From Eledone cirrhosa (lineage: Eukaryota), in the NCBI GenBank assembly GCA_964016885.1, contig OZ024747.1, forward strand, positions 40,920,001 through 40,984,000: a DNA stretch of 64,000 bases, read 5' to 3'. Positions 42,597 to 58,148 of the stretch are shown one piece after another; positions within the stretch are counted from its first letter, which is position 1; each line of letters begins with the position of its first letter. Made by a program: the position numbers and the translations under genes. The notes under the pieces were generated by a model. That model searched no databases and was not told the origin of the DNA. It was given only the letters and a program-made list of their open reading frames with translations.

Positions 42597-43599
42597 CTGT
42601 ATATATATAACAAATTTTAGGCACTCTACAGGTTTTCTGGAGTATAATATCAATGATATTAATAAATGGAAACTATATTTATAAAACCATATTTATTTTA
42701 TTATATATATTTCAAGGGTACCAAAATGTTGCTACGCCCTCATCAGATAAAATACAAATTTGTTTTATAAATGGTGACATACCCATGAAACCAGACCTTA
42801 TCGGTTCAGGTCACCATTTATAAAACAAATTTTGTATTTTATCTGATTAGGGCGTATATATATATATATATATATATGCACGCGTATGTGTGTGTATTAT
42901 TTATTATCATTTTTCGTACACACGATAGTATCGCGTGTAAGCCTTACTCACCAATTGGGAATATAAATATTGCATTTGTGTGTGTGTGCGCGTGTGTGTG
43001 TGTGTGTGTGTGTGTGCGTGTGTGTGCGTGTGCGTGGATATGTGTGCGTGTTAGCTCATGACAGGTTTTCGGCATATAAGCATCTGGAGACAGAAAGGTG
43101 GACATTATCAGTTGGTCCCACATTTCCACTTTTTGCAGCTCTAGATGTCTTCAATTGTAAGACTATTTCTTTCATAATGGAAATCTCTGTTTTGAAACTG
43201 CTTACTAACATACACTCAAAATTCATAATTTTCTCAATGCTTACTATAGATTCTTCTTATCACCGACTTGGATTTACCTACGATTGGATTACAACGAATC
43301 ACCACCGATCCACCAGTCTTTTCCTGTAGGATCTTCATCACCGGCTCAACACCGTTACAATTCACCATGACTCAACTCTTGACTTTCGTCTAAAAAAAAT
43401 TTTTTCTCTTTTCTCTTTTTTCTTTTTTCCGACCTTCCTCGATTTCTTCCCTTTGTCCCTATTTTGATTCAATTCCTCTTTCTATTATCTTTTTTACATT
43501 TTCTTGTTCCTGCCCCCCTCCCTGCTTTCCACGCTTTCACTGTTTCCTTTGGGTTTTTTTTTACCACCGTCTCCCCTTGGACATCTCGTACCCAACATG

Positions 43600-45278
43600 C
43601 CTAACCTAAAATTCTTCCTTCAACAATTCCACACCCACCACTTCCTCGCTCCTCTAATCCCGCCCTGCTACCTCCAACCCACCCTCCAACTCTCCTACTT
43701 CCTTTTCACTAACAACCAACATTCCAGCCACATCCAATTCCTCAACCGCTGCCTCCATCTCCACCTCATCCCCCACAGATCCCGACTCCACTTCCACACC
43801 TCCTCTCCCGCATCACCCTCAACCCAACACATTCTCACCCACTCCTCGTGTCTCCTCATGCGCGCCTCACTCCGCTCCTCCTTCTCCACCATCTGCAACC
43901 TCTCCCCAACCCTCCTTCGCCTCCGCTCCACCTGTCATCCTCTCCTCGCCCACTCAATCATTCTCTTCATCCATAACCCCAATTAACGATCTCCTTCCCC
44001 ATCTCCACCAAACTCCACAATCTCAACGTATCCCCCCCCCAACCACCACCCTCCTAACCCCACACGTCTTTCCCCCACCTACCATCAACACTCCATCAAC
44101 CACACATTCCCCTTCCCCTCCCTCTCTTCCACACCACCTCCTCCACTTGTCACCACACCGCCCAACCTCCCCTTCTCCGAACCTGAACGTTCACTCCTTA
44201 GTAGAGGGGTGCGCTTCATACCCCCACACCCCGTACAGCGACGAGTTCCGCACTCGAGTGGGCGTCAAGCGGATCGTGAGACGCACCAAGCTACACGCGC
44301 ACTTTCTTAACACTCCACAGGCTCCCTCACCCTGGGCCGACGACCATCATATTGGACACCGGCTCTCGGACAGTTCAGCACACTGGACGCCTTTGTCAAT
44401 GCCTGCTGTAGCGCAGTAAAGCGCTTCGACTTCCAGCACCGCCCCAGACGGAGTAACATCACTCGGGCTGAACTTCCCTCGTAACCGTGATGACGTCGTC
44501 ATCAAACCGGTGGACAAGGGAGACGCCGTGGTGATGTGACGTGCTGGCCTCTACATGGCTGAGGCCCCCAGGCAACTCCGCAACGCCCTCTTCTACCGCC
44601 TATACCCTCTGATCCCACCCCTTTTCGACTCCCTCACCTTCCCACCCAACCCACTCCCCCTCCTCTTCACCCTAGACATAAATCCCCTTTACACCGTCAT
44701 CCCCCACGCCGACGGCCTACGCGCCCTCCAACACTACCTTGACCTTCGTCCCTACCCCGCCCTCTGCACCTCCACTCTCCTCCTCCTCGCCTAGCTGGTC
44801 CTCACCCTTAACTGCTTCTCCTTTTCGGGTGAATTTTACCAGCAAGTCACTGGGGTAGCCATGGGCACAAGAATGGGCCCCAACTATGCCAACCTTTCTG
44901 TTTACCAAATACACTGGTCCCACCCCCAAATTATACGGTCGTTATATTGACGCCTGCATCGGGGCCACGGCTCTCACCCGAGAACAGCTCGTCTCCTTTC
45001 ACTCTTTCCCTTGTTCCTTCCATCCCTCCCTCAAATTCACCACCTCCATCTCCACCACCTCCGTCCACTTCTAGGACATCTCCGTCGCCATCAACCTCTC
45101 CCACCGATCACTCATCACCTCCCCTTTATTCAAACCCACCGACTCCCACTCCTACCTCGACATTACTACCTCCCACCTCACTCACACCAAACACTCCATT
45201 TCCTACTCCCAACTTCTCCGGATCCGCCGCCTTTGCAGCCAAGACGCGGACTTCGAGACCCAGGCCCTTTCTCTAGTT
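43600..45278 (+). pseudogene. Decayed Penelope-like element reverse transcriptase
   Basis: Frameshifted motifs in order: IKPVDKG, LFTLDINPLYTVIPH, FYQQVTGVAMGTRMGPNYAN, YGRYIDAC, FHPSLKFT, KPTDSHSYL, YSQLLRIRRLCS. No GIY-YIG domain is retained. Confidence 0.8.
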
Positions 45279-45284
45279 GTCAAT

Positions 45285-45900
45285 TCACGGTATGTTTATG
45301 AATAAACATTCAGAAAGGCCTCATTTACACAGACGAAAAAACTATATATTTTCGTCTGTTTTCAAATTCCGGCAGTTGCAAGAGCGGGAGAGATCTTCCT
45401 AGCCAAAACCAGTTGAGTTAGCAATGCATCGACGATTGTCCCTCTTGCTTCTGCCGGGCACCACCTGGTGGCGATAGCTGGAAGTGTTAGCTGGCTATGG
45501 CTTTCTAAATGTTTATTTATAAACATACCGTATTTCTTTAGAAATACGAAATTCAAATACATATTTGTAAACGGCTATGTTCGAAGCTAATTTCTAATTC
45601 TATTCTATTATAAGTTGGGCCAACTTATGTAGCTTCATATGCAAATGAGATTAATCACCTCATTTACACAGACGAAAAAACTATATATTTTCGCTTCTTT
45701 TCAAAATCCGGCAGTTGCAACAGCGAGAGAGATTGTCCTAAGGAGAACCAGTTGAGTTCGATATGCATTGACAATTGTCCCCCTTGCTTCTGCCGAGCAC
45801 CGCTTGGTGGCGTTAGATGCCAGTGTTATTTAAAGTTATGGGTTTCTAAATGTTTTTTCATAAACATACCATATTTATTTGGAAATGCGAAATTCAAATA
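45285..45900 (+). repeat. HH-E tandem (~339-bp period) preceded by a short inverted piece; degenerate hammerhead at 45732-45775
   Basis: cctcatttacacagacgaaaaa at 45319 and 45658. ATTGTC-CTAAGGA-GAAC..GTTC-GATA-TGCA-TT-GACAAT keeps the stems but has core mutations. Confidence 0.65.
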
Positions 45901-45935
45901 CACACACACACACACACACACACACTATCACACAT

Positions 45936-45974
<39 letters not shown>

Positions 45975-46116
45975 GTGAGAGAGAGAATATTTATAATTTA
46001 GTGAGAAAGTAAGTATTGATTGATAGAGTAAACTTGGCAGGATAGGTTGTTCTAAATAGCAACGAACCATTATAAAACTCTGTGGAAGAGTCTAGTTACT
46101 TCCTCTCTCTCACTCC

Positions 46117-46147
<31 letters not shown>

Positions 46148-46156
46148 CCTCTCTCC

Positions 46157-46190
<34 letters not shown>

Positions 46191-46897
46191 CTCTCTCTCT
46201 CACTTTCAATAGAATAAATTGCCTGCGAAAGCATCTAGATATGCAGGGGTTTTGCCAGGTTTAAATATCCAAGATGTCACACCTACAACTCCTTCTCTGG
46301 GTGAAATTGGTTGTGTTCAGTACTGGGGTCTATTGTTCCTGTTATATCTCTTTTTCACTTCATTTCTATCATTCTTTCTTTCATTCTCTGGACGAAATCG
46401 GCTATGTTCTGACCTGAAGAGGCGACGGACTGTTAGTTTTAGAATGCCCAAGTTACGTGTTGTATGTCACTACGGTGCCTCAATCAGGAGTTACGTGTCT
46501 ATACATATAATGAGAAAATAACAGAATTGTTAAGTAGCAGTGGAAAAGGTTGCTATAAAAGATTCACTCAGCATTTTTAAAAATCAGAAAATATGCCCTG
46601 AGTTCATGAATTTAAGAAATTGTTTTAACTAAATAAAATCCGAAGTCTTTAACAAATACTTCAGCGGACATGAGTATTAATATTAAATGAGTTTATATTT
46701 GCAATTAAATTGTCTACTTACTGAATGTCTTCAAACAGTTTCTTCAAAATTATCCACAGAATCAAAAATGGAATTGGAGCGACTACAAAATAAATATTTT
46801 TGAAAGGAATTTAGCATAAATTCAGGTAGTATAGCTTTGAAATATTGAAAAAATTATGCAATTGATAATGGCTATAAAAATTATTTTTGTCATGTTT

Positions 46898-47141
46898 AAT
46901 AATTGTTTCTACTGTTGGCACAAGGCCAGCAATTACCCAGTACATTACTGGTACTTTATTTTATCGATCCCGTAAGGATGAAAGGCAAAGTTAACCTTGG
47001 CGGGATTTGAACTCAGAATGGCAAGGACCGTAACTCTATGCGTCAAAGCATGGCGTCCGACCCTCTACCGATACTGCCAATCCACCGCCCATGTTTAATA
47101 TAGCAGGAAGCGATTATTTAACGCTAGGCGTTACTTATTAA

Positions 47142-47220
<79 letters not shown>

Positions 47221-47447
47221 AGTTGATATTCCCATATATAATTCAAGCCGAATCCCCATCATTATTACCTGGATTGGTAGAGGGTCGGACGCCATGCTCT
47301 GACGTATAGAGTTACGGCCCTTGCCATTCTGAGTTCAAATCCCACCGAGGTTAACTTTGCTTTTCATCCTTACGGGGTGGATAAAATAAAGTACCAGTAA
47401 TGCACTGGGTAATTGCTAGCCTTGTGCCAAAAGTAGAAACAATTATT
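46898..47447. mobile_element. Divergent head-to-head pair of SINE-1 copies (46898-47090 minus; 47270-47447 plus) around (TG)n
   Basis: Arms are near reverse complements. Other SINE-1 copies at ~32270-32380, 33195-33292, 38600-39012, 39040-39250, 40815-41012, 56085-56205 and 60480-60690. Confidence 0.8.
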
Positions 47448-48540
47448 ACCTTGGAAAAGTGCCCTGAAGCACTGAACTCTTAGCTCTCAAGTCATAAATG
47501 CACTTCACCTGAATCTACTTAACTATGCGATTATATATGTGTGTGTGTGTGTGTGTGTGTATACATGTATATATTTGTTTCTGTTCGTTGTCTTGCCCTT
47601 TTTTGTTAATTTTCCTAAGTTTAGATATATGTGTGTGTGTGCGTGCGTGTATGTGTGGGGGGGGGGGGGGGGGGTGCGTATGTGTGTGTGTGTGCGCGCG
47701 TGAGTGTGTGTGCGCGGGTGTGTGTGTGCGCGTGTGTGTATGTGTGTATAGAGATGTACATATGTGTGTGTGTGTGCGATCTCTTTAGATCAAACATACA
47801 TATACATGCCACAACACGTACGTATGCGTGTGGTTTCTGTAATTTACTAATCATTTATAAAATTAAATTATTCTTCCTTATTAGGGAAATTCTGTCATCG
47901 CATCCACGTAATAGTTGCTCTTTTTATTGAGAGCTGCAGTCATTATTGAATTACAACTCCATAAAATTTAAGTATATCTGCAAATTAGTACATTAAATCT
48001 AAATGGCTGTTTCGTATTTTAATCTTGGAAAAAGAAAGCGTAGCATAATTAGGGTCAATAAATATATATGACAGCCTCCTTATTCTTGTACCTCCTTATT
48101 CCAGAAGAAAATCAATGTTTAATCTTCTCGGCGTTCATTCCCAAAAGTTACAAGCATTAAAGGCAGTGTCAGTGCAGAATCCATTTTAGAAACTTTTAAC
48201 ACTTGATTCATTTACGTGTGTGTATGTGTAGGCACGTGACTGAACATCTATCTGTCTCTTAGCAGCTTAACCCTTCGATCATCATTCCTCCTGTTGATTG
48301 ATATATATATATTTATATGTGTGTAGGGGGGGGGGGTAAAAAGTATACAGAAATAACAAAAATAACAAAACAAACGGCACAGTACATTATATATTAGTTT
48401 AATATATATATTGTTATTTCTGTTTACTTTTTACACATGTATATACAAATTTTATACATACGTACACACACACATATATATATATATATATATGTCTGAA
48501 TTATTGTCGGCCTTTTGCTTACATTAATTTCTCTATTTTC

Positions 48541-48652
<112 letters not shown>

Positions 48653-49058
48653 GGTAACAAATTATTGTCATAGGTAGTCCACTTAAGTGTAATCCAGTTA
48701 TGGTAGTGGATGATATCAACGCTTGGCTAAGTTTGACTCAACAAGGCGTTTCCATAGTGATGCTGCAGTACGCTGTAATTCCTATGTTGTAAACACTTGG
48801 AGTAATGATAAATCAGGAAAGAAGAGTGACACGGTTTGCTATACAAAAAAGGTTTTTTATCTCATTGCTGACAATTGTTTCTGTGAACTGGTAGGTCTAG
48901 AGATCGCTACCCGCTTATGTTCACGTTATTCGATCACCAATACAAAGTTATAACCAGTCAATTCATCGGAGCTTGTGAGAATGAAAAGAATATACAGGCA
49001 TGGCTACTATATATAGTAGTAATGGCATTCCATCAGAACAATAACAACAATACTAACT

Positions 49059-49129
<71 letters not shown>

Positions 49130-49925
49130 AAAGGAAAAAAGATGAAATCGAAAATGCAACTGGAGTCTTATTTTTTTTAAAATATATATATTTATTTGGT
49201 TCCTTTACCGGTTTCGCAGTTCTGCTTTTCAAAAGTAGAGTTGAGATGGAGAGTCTGTGACTTTTCTCACATCTGGTTGGTCTTTGAATGTTACTTGTTT
49301 TATATGGAAAAAAGTGGCTCAAAATGCCAGGTTTTTAGAGAAGTAATTTGATTGGTTGGTGAATAAGTATAATAAACGCGCCAGTTCGCGTTACAAAGTT
49401 CTTCAAACAAGGGGGGGGGGGCGCTCAGGTTGATTTTTTCATATATGAGTGAAGTTTGGTTGGTTGATGCAGTCACGTGAATAAGCACATCAGCTTTCGC
49501 GCCAGTTTGTTTGAATTTCTTTTTACTTAAAAAAAAAAGTGGCTCACAAGGCTTTTTTTTATAAATGTAATTTGATTAGTTATAAATGAAATTATAACTG
49601 TCACGTGAACAAGTTCATTAAATTACATGCACACATATATATATATGTACGTATGGATTCACCGAACATTTATTATAATGCTGGGTGTGTTTGTAAACAA
49701 ACATCCCGATAGCTAATAAGCTTGAAACTAGTACATCGTTCCTTTGTCAGTGTTGAACGAAAAGGGTAACGATGGTTGCTAAACACTGTACGGCTGTTGA
49801 GGTATGTCAGACATCGCTTTATTTTATCAGATGAGGACGTACCGATGAAACAGCTCAGTACCTCTGAAATATATATAATAAAATATATTTGATCACATGA
49901 ATGTCTATATTTATTAATATTTTGA

Positions 49926-49985
<60 letters not shown>

Positions 49986-50361
49986 CGCTGAAGGAGACCA
50001 TCAATAATTTATTAATGTCGATGTAATTTTTATATCGATATTATTTGGGCAAACACTGATGAGTTTATAAGAGCCCGCTTGTGTATAAGACTATGAATTA
50101 TATACAAGTTTCTACATAACCTGGACGTTATTTATCCCAAATTGTAGAAATCTTATAACGGAACGATCGTCTGGAAGGAAAGAGATATTTATTGAATTAT
50201 GTCAAATATAAAATAATACAACCAGCTATCCACGAAATACTGATAGTTAGCACCCCAAACACTAAATTCTAAATTGGGAGAATACTTAGGTATATCCTAA
50301 TGTTTGTTGAGTGAGATGGAGTTGGTCAGAGTATCGCTTAAGGCTTTCTCTGTTAATGTAT

Positions 50362-50721
<360 letters not shown>

Positions 50722-50817
50722 GGCGTGTGGCTGAGTGGTTAGAGAATTGGATTCACAATCTTGAGGTTGTGAGTTCGATTCCTGGACCAGGCGATGCGTT
50801 ATGTCCTTGAGCAAGAC

Positions 50818-50867
<50 letters not shown>

Positions 50868-51489
50868 GGCGTGTGGCTGAGTGGTTAGAGAATTGGATTC
50901 ACAATCTTGAGGTTGTGAGTTCGATTCCTGGACCAGGCGATGCGTTATGTCCTTGAGCAAGACACTTTATTTCACGTTGCTCCTTCTACCTGGAGTTGCG
51001 ACCGATAGATAGTACTAGCAACTGGAAAGACTAACGGAAACATTGTTTCCTCGGTCCGATTTGACGAAAGTCGATCGATTGAAAAATATATATATGTGTG
51101 TGTGTGTGTGTATACACACCTACCTTTCTTAAATGTGTTTGCGTTTGATGGCAAATCGTTAAACGCGTCTTTTATATTATATGACTTCTTCCATGTTTTT
51201 TTGTTTCTTTTCCAAATAGCTTGTTTGTCGCCTCCCACGTCATTCCTCTTTAATGAGATCATTAAAATTGCTGATATCTACATTTGTTGACACAGACACA
51301 CTCTTTCCCTCTCTCACTCTCTCTCTCACACACACACACACACAAATGCAAATGCAAGCGGCTGGAATGGAGTTCCTATGGAGGGTCTCTTAAGTAACGT
51401 TTCTTGATAGAGTACGTTGCCTAGAGATCTGGGTTTCGCTCCAGGTAGAGCCCCATCTGCACCTCATGTAGAAATCACAGCTCCAGTAC

Positions 51490-51640
51490 AATGGTCATGT
51501 GGATAGAATGTTTAAGGAAAGAATCGCTGGACAGATTTTACAGGCAAAGCCAACCGGCATGAGACCACGGGGATAGAACACGAACAAAATGAATGAATAG
51601 CATCCATAACAACGGTTCGTCTTGCTTAGGGATCCAGCTG
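51490..51640 (+). pseudogene. RTE-clade LINE 3'-end remnant
   Basis: Translates GHVDRMFKERIAGQILQAKPTGMRPRG, the typical RTE C-terminal GHVxRM...GxRPRGRP motif. Confidence 0.6.
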
Positions 51641-52594
51641 GGTCTTTTGATTGATTCCAATACGACTCTGTCGTGGCTGTGCTTTTTTATACTCTAACGT
51701 CGCCACGTCGGTTCCGATAGCTCTAAATACATAAAATACGTCACCGTATATATCTGCTTCACTTTCTTCCATCAAAACTATTTCTTACCCACAAACACGA
51801 TACGAGACTTCATCCAATCATTTCACACGTTTCCGTTAACACCAGAATGGATTTACATTTAGAATTAAAAGAATTACTCATGCAAATATAGATTAATTGC
51901 TTAAAGGCGAAGAGTAATAGCAATTAATGTTTATTTAAGTTGTCATCCACACATACATACATACATGTATAAACAGAGTAAAGATTTTATTTGACTGCAA
52001 TACAAGGTATTTCTGTGCGGAGAATTGAGAGAGTCGAACTATACGCTTTAGACTCTAGAGATATTTTTAATTATTCTTTACTATTTAATTTTATTATTTT
52101 TTTTATTTATTTATTATCTTTTAATCTCAATTTATTAACCTTTCAATTTTATAACTTCCCACTCTCAGATTCCTCCAGAATCCTTTTTCGCCTGCTTTCT
52201 AACTAGCCTAATTTCATACATACTCCTTAGAATTTGCTGTATAGAATTCACTTTCAACGCTTCACCGGCTCCACCCACTCCCTCATTGTTCTACAGGCAA
52301 ATTGAGTCACCTCCACCTCCCATCCACTGACATAAAAGATTTAATTGTGTTTACAAGAAATTTTGACCAATCCTTTTGACAACTACAATCTTCCCATATA
52401 AGGAATTATGCCTTGAAAACTTCGGCTATTTATTTACCACGCTAAAAATTCTAATTTAGTCCAGAAATAGCCGTCGAAACGGCTTGAGCTCTGCCGTCGG
52501 GGTTAAATATTTTTATATTACCCGCTATACTACACTAAGTATTGAGTACTCTGGTGCGTTATGGTCCATCTGGTTCCTTACCACACTTCCTTCG

Positions 52595-52671
<77 letters not shown>

Positions 52672-52679
52672 TATATATA

Positions 52680-52788
<109 letters not shown>

Positions 52789-53954
52789 GTATATATATAT
52801 ATGTATATATATATTTATATATAACAAATAGTTTATCGCTCTACATGGCTGAATGTAATCTGAGTTTTTTCGAATATTAATAATAATATTCGATTCGTTT
52901 GCATATCTACTGATATGGCTTTAAAGAGGCTGTTTGCATAATTGCAAACGAATCGAATATTATTATTAATATTCGAAAAACTCAGATTAGGTTCAGTCGG
53001 GCTAACCACAGTAAGGAAGGTACTCAATACATTAGTAGCGTGTATACAACAAATTTAATGTACAAATGGCTTTTACAGAAATGGAACTGTTTCATTTGAA
53101 GGATCTCATTAGAGACACTAGCTATAAGAAGGGGTTTATATATTGTTAATTTTATGATTTGTTTCTCGGAGGGAAACATCTGTTCTAGTTTGCTTTACAA
53201 ATTTATGAATGCAAAACATATCTTGTCAACAGACTTCTGACATTGTCTATCAATGTATATAAAAACTTTCATTTTTGTTTTTGGTTATTTGTTGTGGTTA
53301 TTTTTGTTTTATTTTTGCTTTAGTGCCCGCTAGACGTTACATTGACATCTAAATATCTATATGAAAAGTGTTGATGAGAGACAAATGAAACTGAATAATA
53401 AAATAGCAATTATTTACCTTTTCTATGTAGTTCTAAAGAAACACATGTTCATTTATGATATATTGATAAATCACATTTAAATATAAGTAGTATGTTGTGG
53501 TTATGGCATGAGGAAATCACATCAACGGTCTTTTTAGGGACAGGGATCTCTTTATTCTGTGGCGCTACCATTTAACAGTAAAATGAATGCTTCAATCATA
53601 CCCCCTCCTCATTTTCAGAAGCACATTTATATTAATCACTTACTAGCACTAAATGATCCTTAATTTTAACATGACAAAATCATGAAACATTTCGTTAATT
53701 AGCTCCCTTAATTTAAGATTCTTGTAGAGTCAAATATGCAGATATAATTTTCGTTCCTTCCTCATAGTAATCTCTCTCCTCACAGAATTGTCCTGAAATG
53801 AAATGTTAGAGAAATGCTCTATCTAGATTGGTCAAGTAGAACAAGAGTTCACCAAGATATGTCTGGTCAAATGTTTCTTACAACGTGCAAAAGAGAAACA
53901 AACCCAATTCATTTAATTGGAGTACTGCTCTACTTTTGTAAGTCTACATTTACA

Positions 53955-54021
<67 letters not shown>

Positions 54022-54285
54022 AGAAGCAAAAAATTGCTTATTGAGATCCAGTTTTTGGTTAAGAAAGCCAGTTTCATGGATGGTTTCAACGTACGGTTAG
54101 GGGTAACTCCACAAGTTTGTAAGAATTCCGTTCAATCTTGGAGTATAAAGTATAAAAGAGAAAACACAGGTAAGCATTAAGAGAAGGATTTTATCCAGGT
54201 ATTTACGACCGTTTCATTGGTAAGTGCAACCTTATATTGCTATACTGCAAATAGCAGCCGCTCAAATATATATATATATATATAT

Positions 54286-54332
<47 letters not shown>

Positions 54333-54363
54333 TGTGAAAGAATTTGCTCCGAAAGCATTGGAA

Positions 54364-54449
54364 GTGTCCGACGAGCCCACAGCTCTAGAGTCAGACATCC
54401 ACACAATGAGCGTGTCTCGAGCTGTCAGCCGGCGAAACAAATGTAACGC
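54364..54449 (+). ncRNA. Hammerhead motif with extended stem II (HH-C)
   Basis: GTGT-CCGACGA-GCC [acagctc..gagctgt] GGC-GAAA-CAAATG-TA-ACGC. U4 is replaced by C. Confidence 0.55.
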
Positions 54450-54578
54450 ACAATAAATTGAGTTGAGATGCGTCACTGATTTTTCGTTTTATTTATATCA
54501 TACTCTGCTATGTAAGAGCATAGAGTGCTCAACCGGCATACCTCCTATGGAAGCATCTTAGCTACCATCAGACACACA

Positions 54579-55035
<457 letters not shown>

Positions 55036-55102
55036 TATATTTATCCTTATCGAGCCGTCTTTGGATTTTAGTCTCCAAATTTATTATTATTACTATATAT
55101 AT

Positions 55103-55147
<45 letters not shown>

Positions 55148-55166
55148 GAAAACACAGAGAAGGATT

Positions 55167-55541
55167 TAACTGAATATAAAAGAAAAACGAACACAGATAT
55201 ATACATATATGTGTTCAAATCGTAAGGGACCAGATTCGCTAAGGTGAAAAGAATACTAACTATAGACAATAGGGTTTGCCAGACTCAATTTAAAAATAAA
55301 TCAAGAAAGTAAATACAAACCGGAATTGTGGTAACTACCAATCAGCCAGACACCTTTGATAATGCTGTTTCGCAAAATTAATTTCGGTTTGTATTTACTT
55401 TCTTGATTTATTCTTAAATTGAGTCTGGCAAACCCTACTGTCTATAGTTAGTATTCTTTTCACCTTAGCGAATCTGGTCCCTTACGATTTGAACACATAT
55501 GTGTATATATCTGTGTTCGTTTTTCTTTTATATTCAGTTAT
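55167..55541. repeat. ~160-bp inverted repeat with ~55-bp spacer
   Basis: 55167-55327 is the reverse complement of 55381-55541. Confidence 0.85.
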
Positions 55542-55740
55542 AATATACGGCTCGGAAAAATCTCTTTCCTAGAGCTATTTTATTGTAAGAGACTATTTTG
55601 AGTTTCTAACTCAATATATACCTTTGATATATATATATTTAATATAGAAATGGCTTCTACAGGACTAGAACTGTTTCATTCGGGAGAATGTATTGAGTAC
55701 CTTACTTACTGTGATTACCCCCCATTGAACCCGGGATAAA

Positions 55741-55822
<82 letters not shown>

Positions 55823-56603
55823 TGAGAGAGATAGACGTGTTAATTAGAGCCGAGATAGAGGTGTGGTATAGGTCGAAAAGTACTCCACAACTGTAGTAGG
55901 AGGTATATAAATCAGAACAGAACTCGTTTAAAATCAGTTAGACCATTACTCAACACAGTACTTGATACTTGGGGTAATAAAGTATGGTTATATTATAAAG
56001 AGTCGGCACCCGTCGGCTGAGCTCTTGCCGTTTCAACTGCTAGACACTGGACCTAGCTACTTCTTTTAAGTGGTATAACATTAAATAACTGTTTCTACTT
56101 TAAGCACAAGGCCAGCAATTACCCAGTGCATTACTGGTACTTTATTTTATCGACCCCGTAAGGATGAAAGGCAAAGTCAACCTCGGCGGGATTTGAACTC
56201 AGATCGTAAAAGTCAGATTTGTATAGAAGTGAATTTAAATTTGTACTTCAACCTCTTTATGAACTGATGATATATTCAAGTGGATGTTAGTTTGAATGGA
56301 CACATAAATCTTCAAATATGGAAGTGGCGATATCTTCGCTCATTGACCTTACCTTGCCATTGTCACTTTGTTTCATCTAATTGTTGTCGAGAATTCCTAT
56401 TCATCCGAATATCAGCATGGAAACATGATACAGAATAAATAATATAGTTATCAATTATATTATTGTCCCTTCGTCCTATAGTTACATATAGGTTTGCACG
56501 CATGTACATGCATACACATACACACACATACATGCATATATTATTCATGTGTGTGGGTGCGTGTGCGAGCATGAGTGTATACACACACACACATACACAC
56601 ACA

Positions 56604-58148
56604 CAGTCCTTTTAACCTCGTCCACCATATAACCTCTTTCACCATAGCCATAACACATAGGAAAACCGCCTCTCCCTCGTTTTTGAAGGAGGGTGGCGGT
56701 TTGATCATGACAATAGACTCGGTGGTCAACTGGATTGGTCCCATCCGCGACAATAGTCGTTCTACATAGCCCCACAAGTCGGTAACCACCGGGCAGTATC
56801 CAAATGCGTGGGCGACGGTTTCCTCGTCGCGCACGCATCTCGGACAGATCTTTTTCGAAGGGTCCCTGATCGGGCGCCCGTGTCTGTAGAGCTTGTCTCG
56901 AACTGGTAGAGCTCCTCGGTAGCACTGCCACGCCAGGGACTTTTGGAAGTTATCCATTGGTCCCGGGCGGAAGGTCCTACCGAACAGACTGGCCAGTTCG
57001 TCCTCCTCTACGCCTAGAGTTTCTCCGAGCGCGTCGTCGCACTTGCTGCGGACCAACCCTCTATAGAATGTCGAAGTTGAGTCTCCACTGATCGCCGGGT
57101 CCGTTTGCCAGAGGACTGTGAGCGCCTGAGCACATTCGATGTGCCAGTCGCCCATTTTCCTCGGTCTTTGCTTGACCCAGGACTGCAGCTCGGTCAGCAA
57201 GACGAGTCGTGGGAAGGCTCGCCTCACGAACGGAGCCCACACCGGTTGTCCGGTGAGGAATACCTGGAGGTGCCGCAGCCTGAGCACGTGTTTGCGCATC
57301 GTCAGCCACGGCATCCCCAGCCCTCCGTTTGAAGGGTGTTGGTAGCAGATGGATCTTCTCACCAAAGGAGCCCGTTTCTTCCAAAGGAATTGGAAGAGCG
57401 TGCGCTCTATTTTGGTGAGCGTTTTGGCTGGACAAGGCACGACGGTCAAGCGGTAGTAGATGACAGACGCTATAAAAGTGTTCGCCACCTCCGCTCGACA
57501 TTTCAAGGATAGTTTGCACTCGGCCCACTTCTGGGTGAGCGCAAACACCTTGGCCGTCACCTCGTTCCCGTTCTTCTCCACCTGGAGGTCCGGACCAAAG
57601 CAGACCCTGAGCAGCTTTACCGGTCCTTTCGTCCAGCGTCCGACGACGCCATCGGAAGGCATCGGTTTGCCTCTCCACGTCCCGAGTTGCAAACCGACGG
57701 ATTTGTCCCGGTTCAGCTTCGCTCCTGTGATCCTTTCGTATTCCTCCAGTAAGGTGCCGACCTCCTCGATTTGCGAGATGCTCGACACCATTACTGACAC
57801 ATCGTCGGCGTAGGCCGACGCCGCTTTTCGCAGTCCCGGTTCCAGAGGGATACCCTGCAATAGCTCCAACTTCCGCAGTAGTGGCTCGAGAATCAGTACG
57901 TACAGAAGGGAGGAGAGAGGGCATCCCTGTCGGATGGATCGCGTGATATGGAACGGCTCCGAGAGGTAGCCGTTCACCTTGACCCTTGAGCAGATGTTGG
58001 TGCTGTGCATTGCAAAAATCCATCCCCTAAACACGGGTCCGAAGCCTGCCGCCTCGAGCACCGCATCCAGGTAATGATGGTCAACCCTATCGAAAGCCTT
58101 AGACTGATCCAAGTTGATCAGGGCCCCACCGAAGCCGAGTTTACACCC
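56604..58148 (-). mobile_element. Dispersed Tx1 copy truncated at both ends (RT to Zn finger, frame still open)
   Basis: Highly similar to 2347-3891. Ends at WWTRLKGL against (CA)n. (TAGG)n lies ~20 bp from the 5' junction. Confidence 0.92.
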
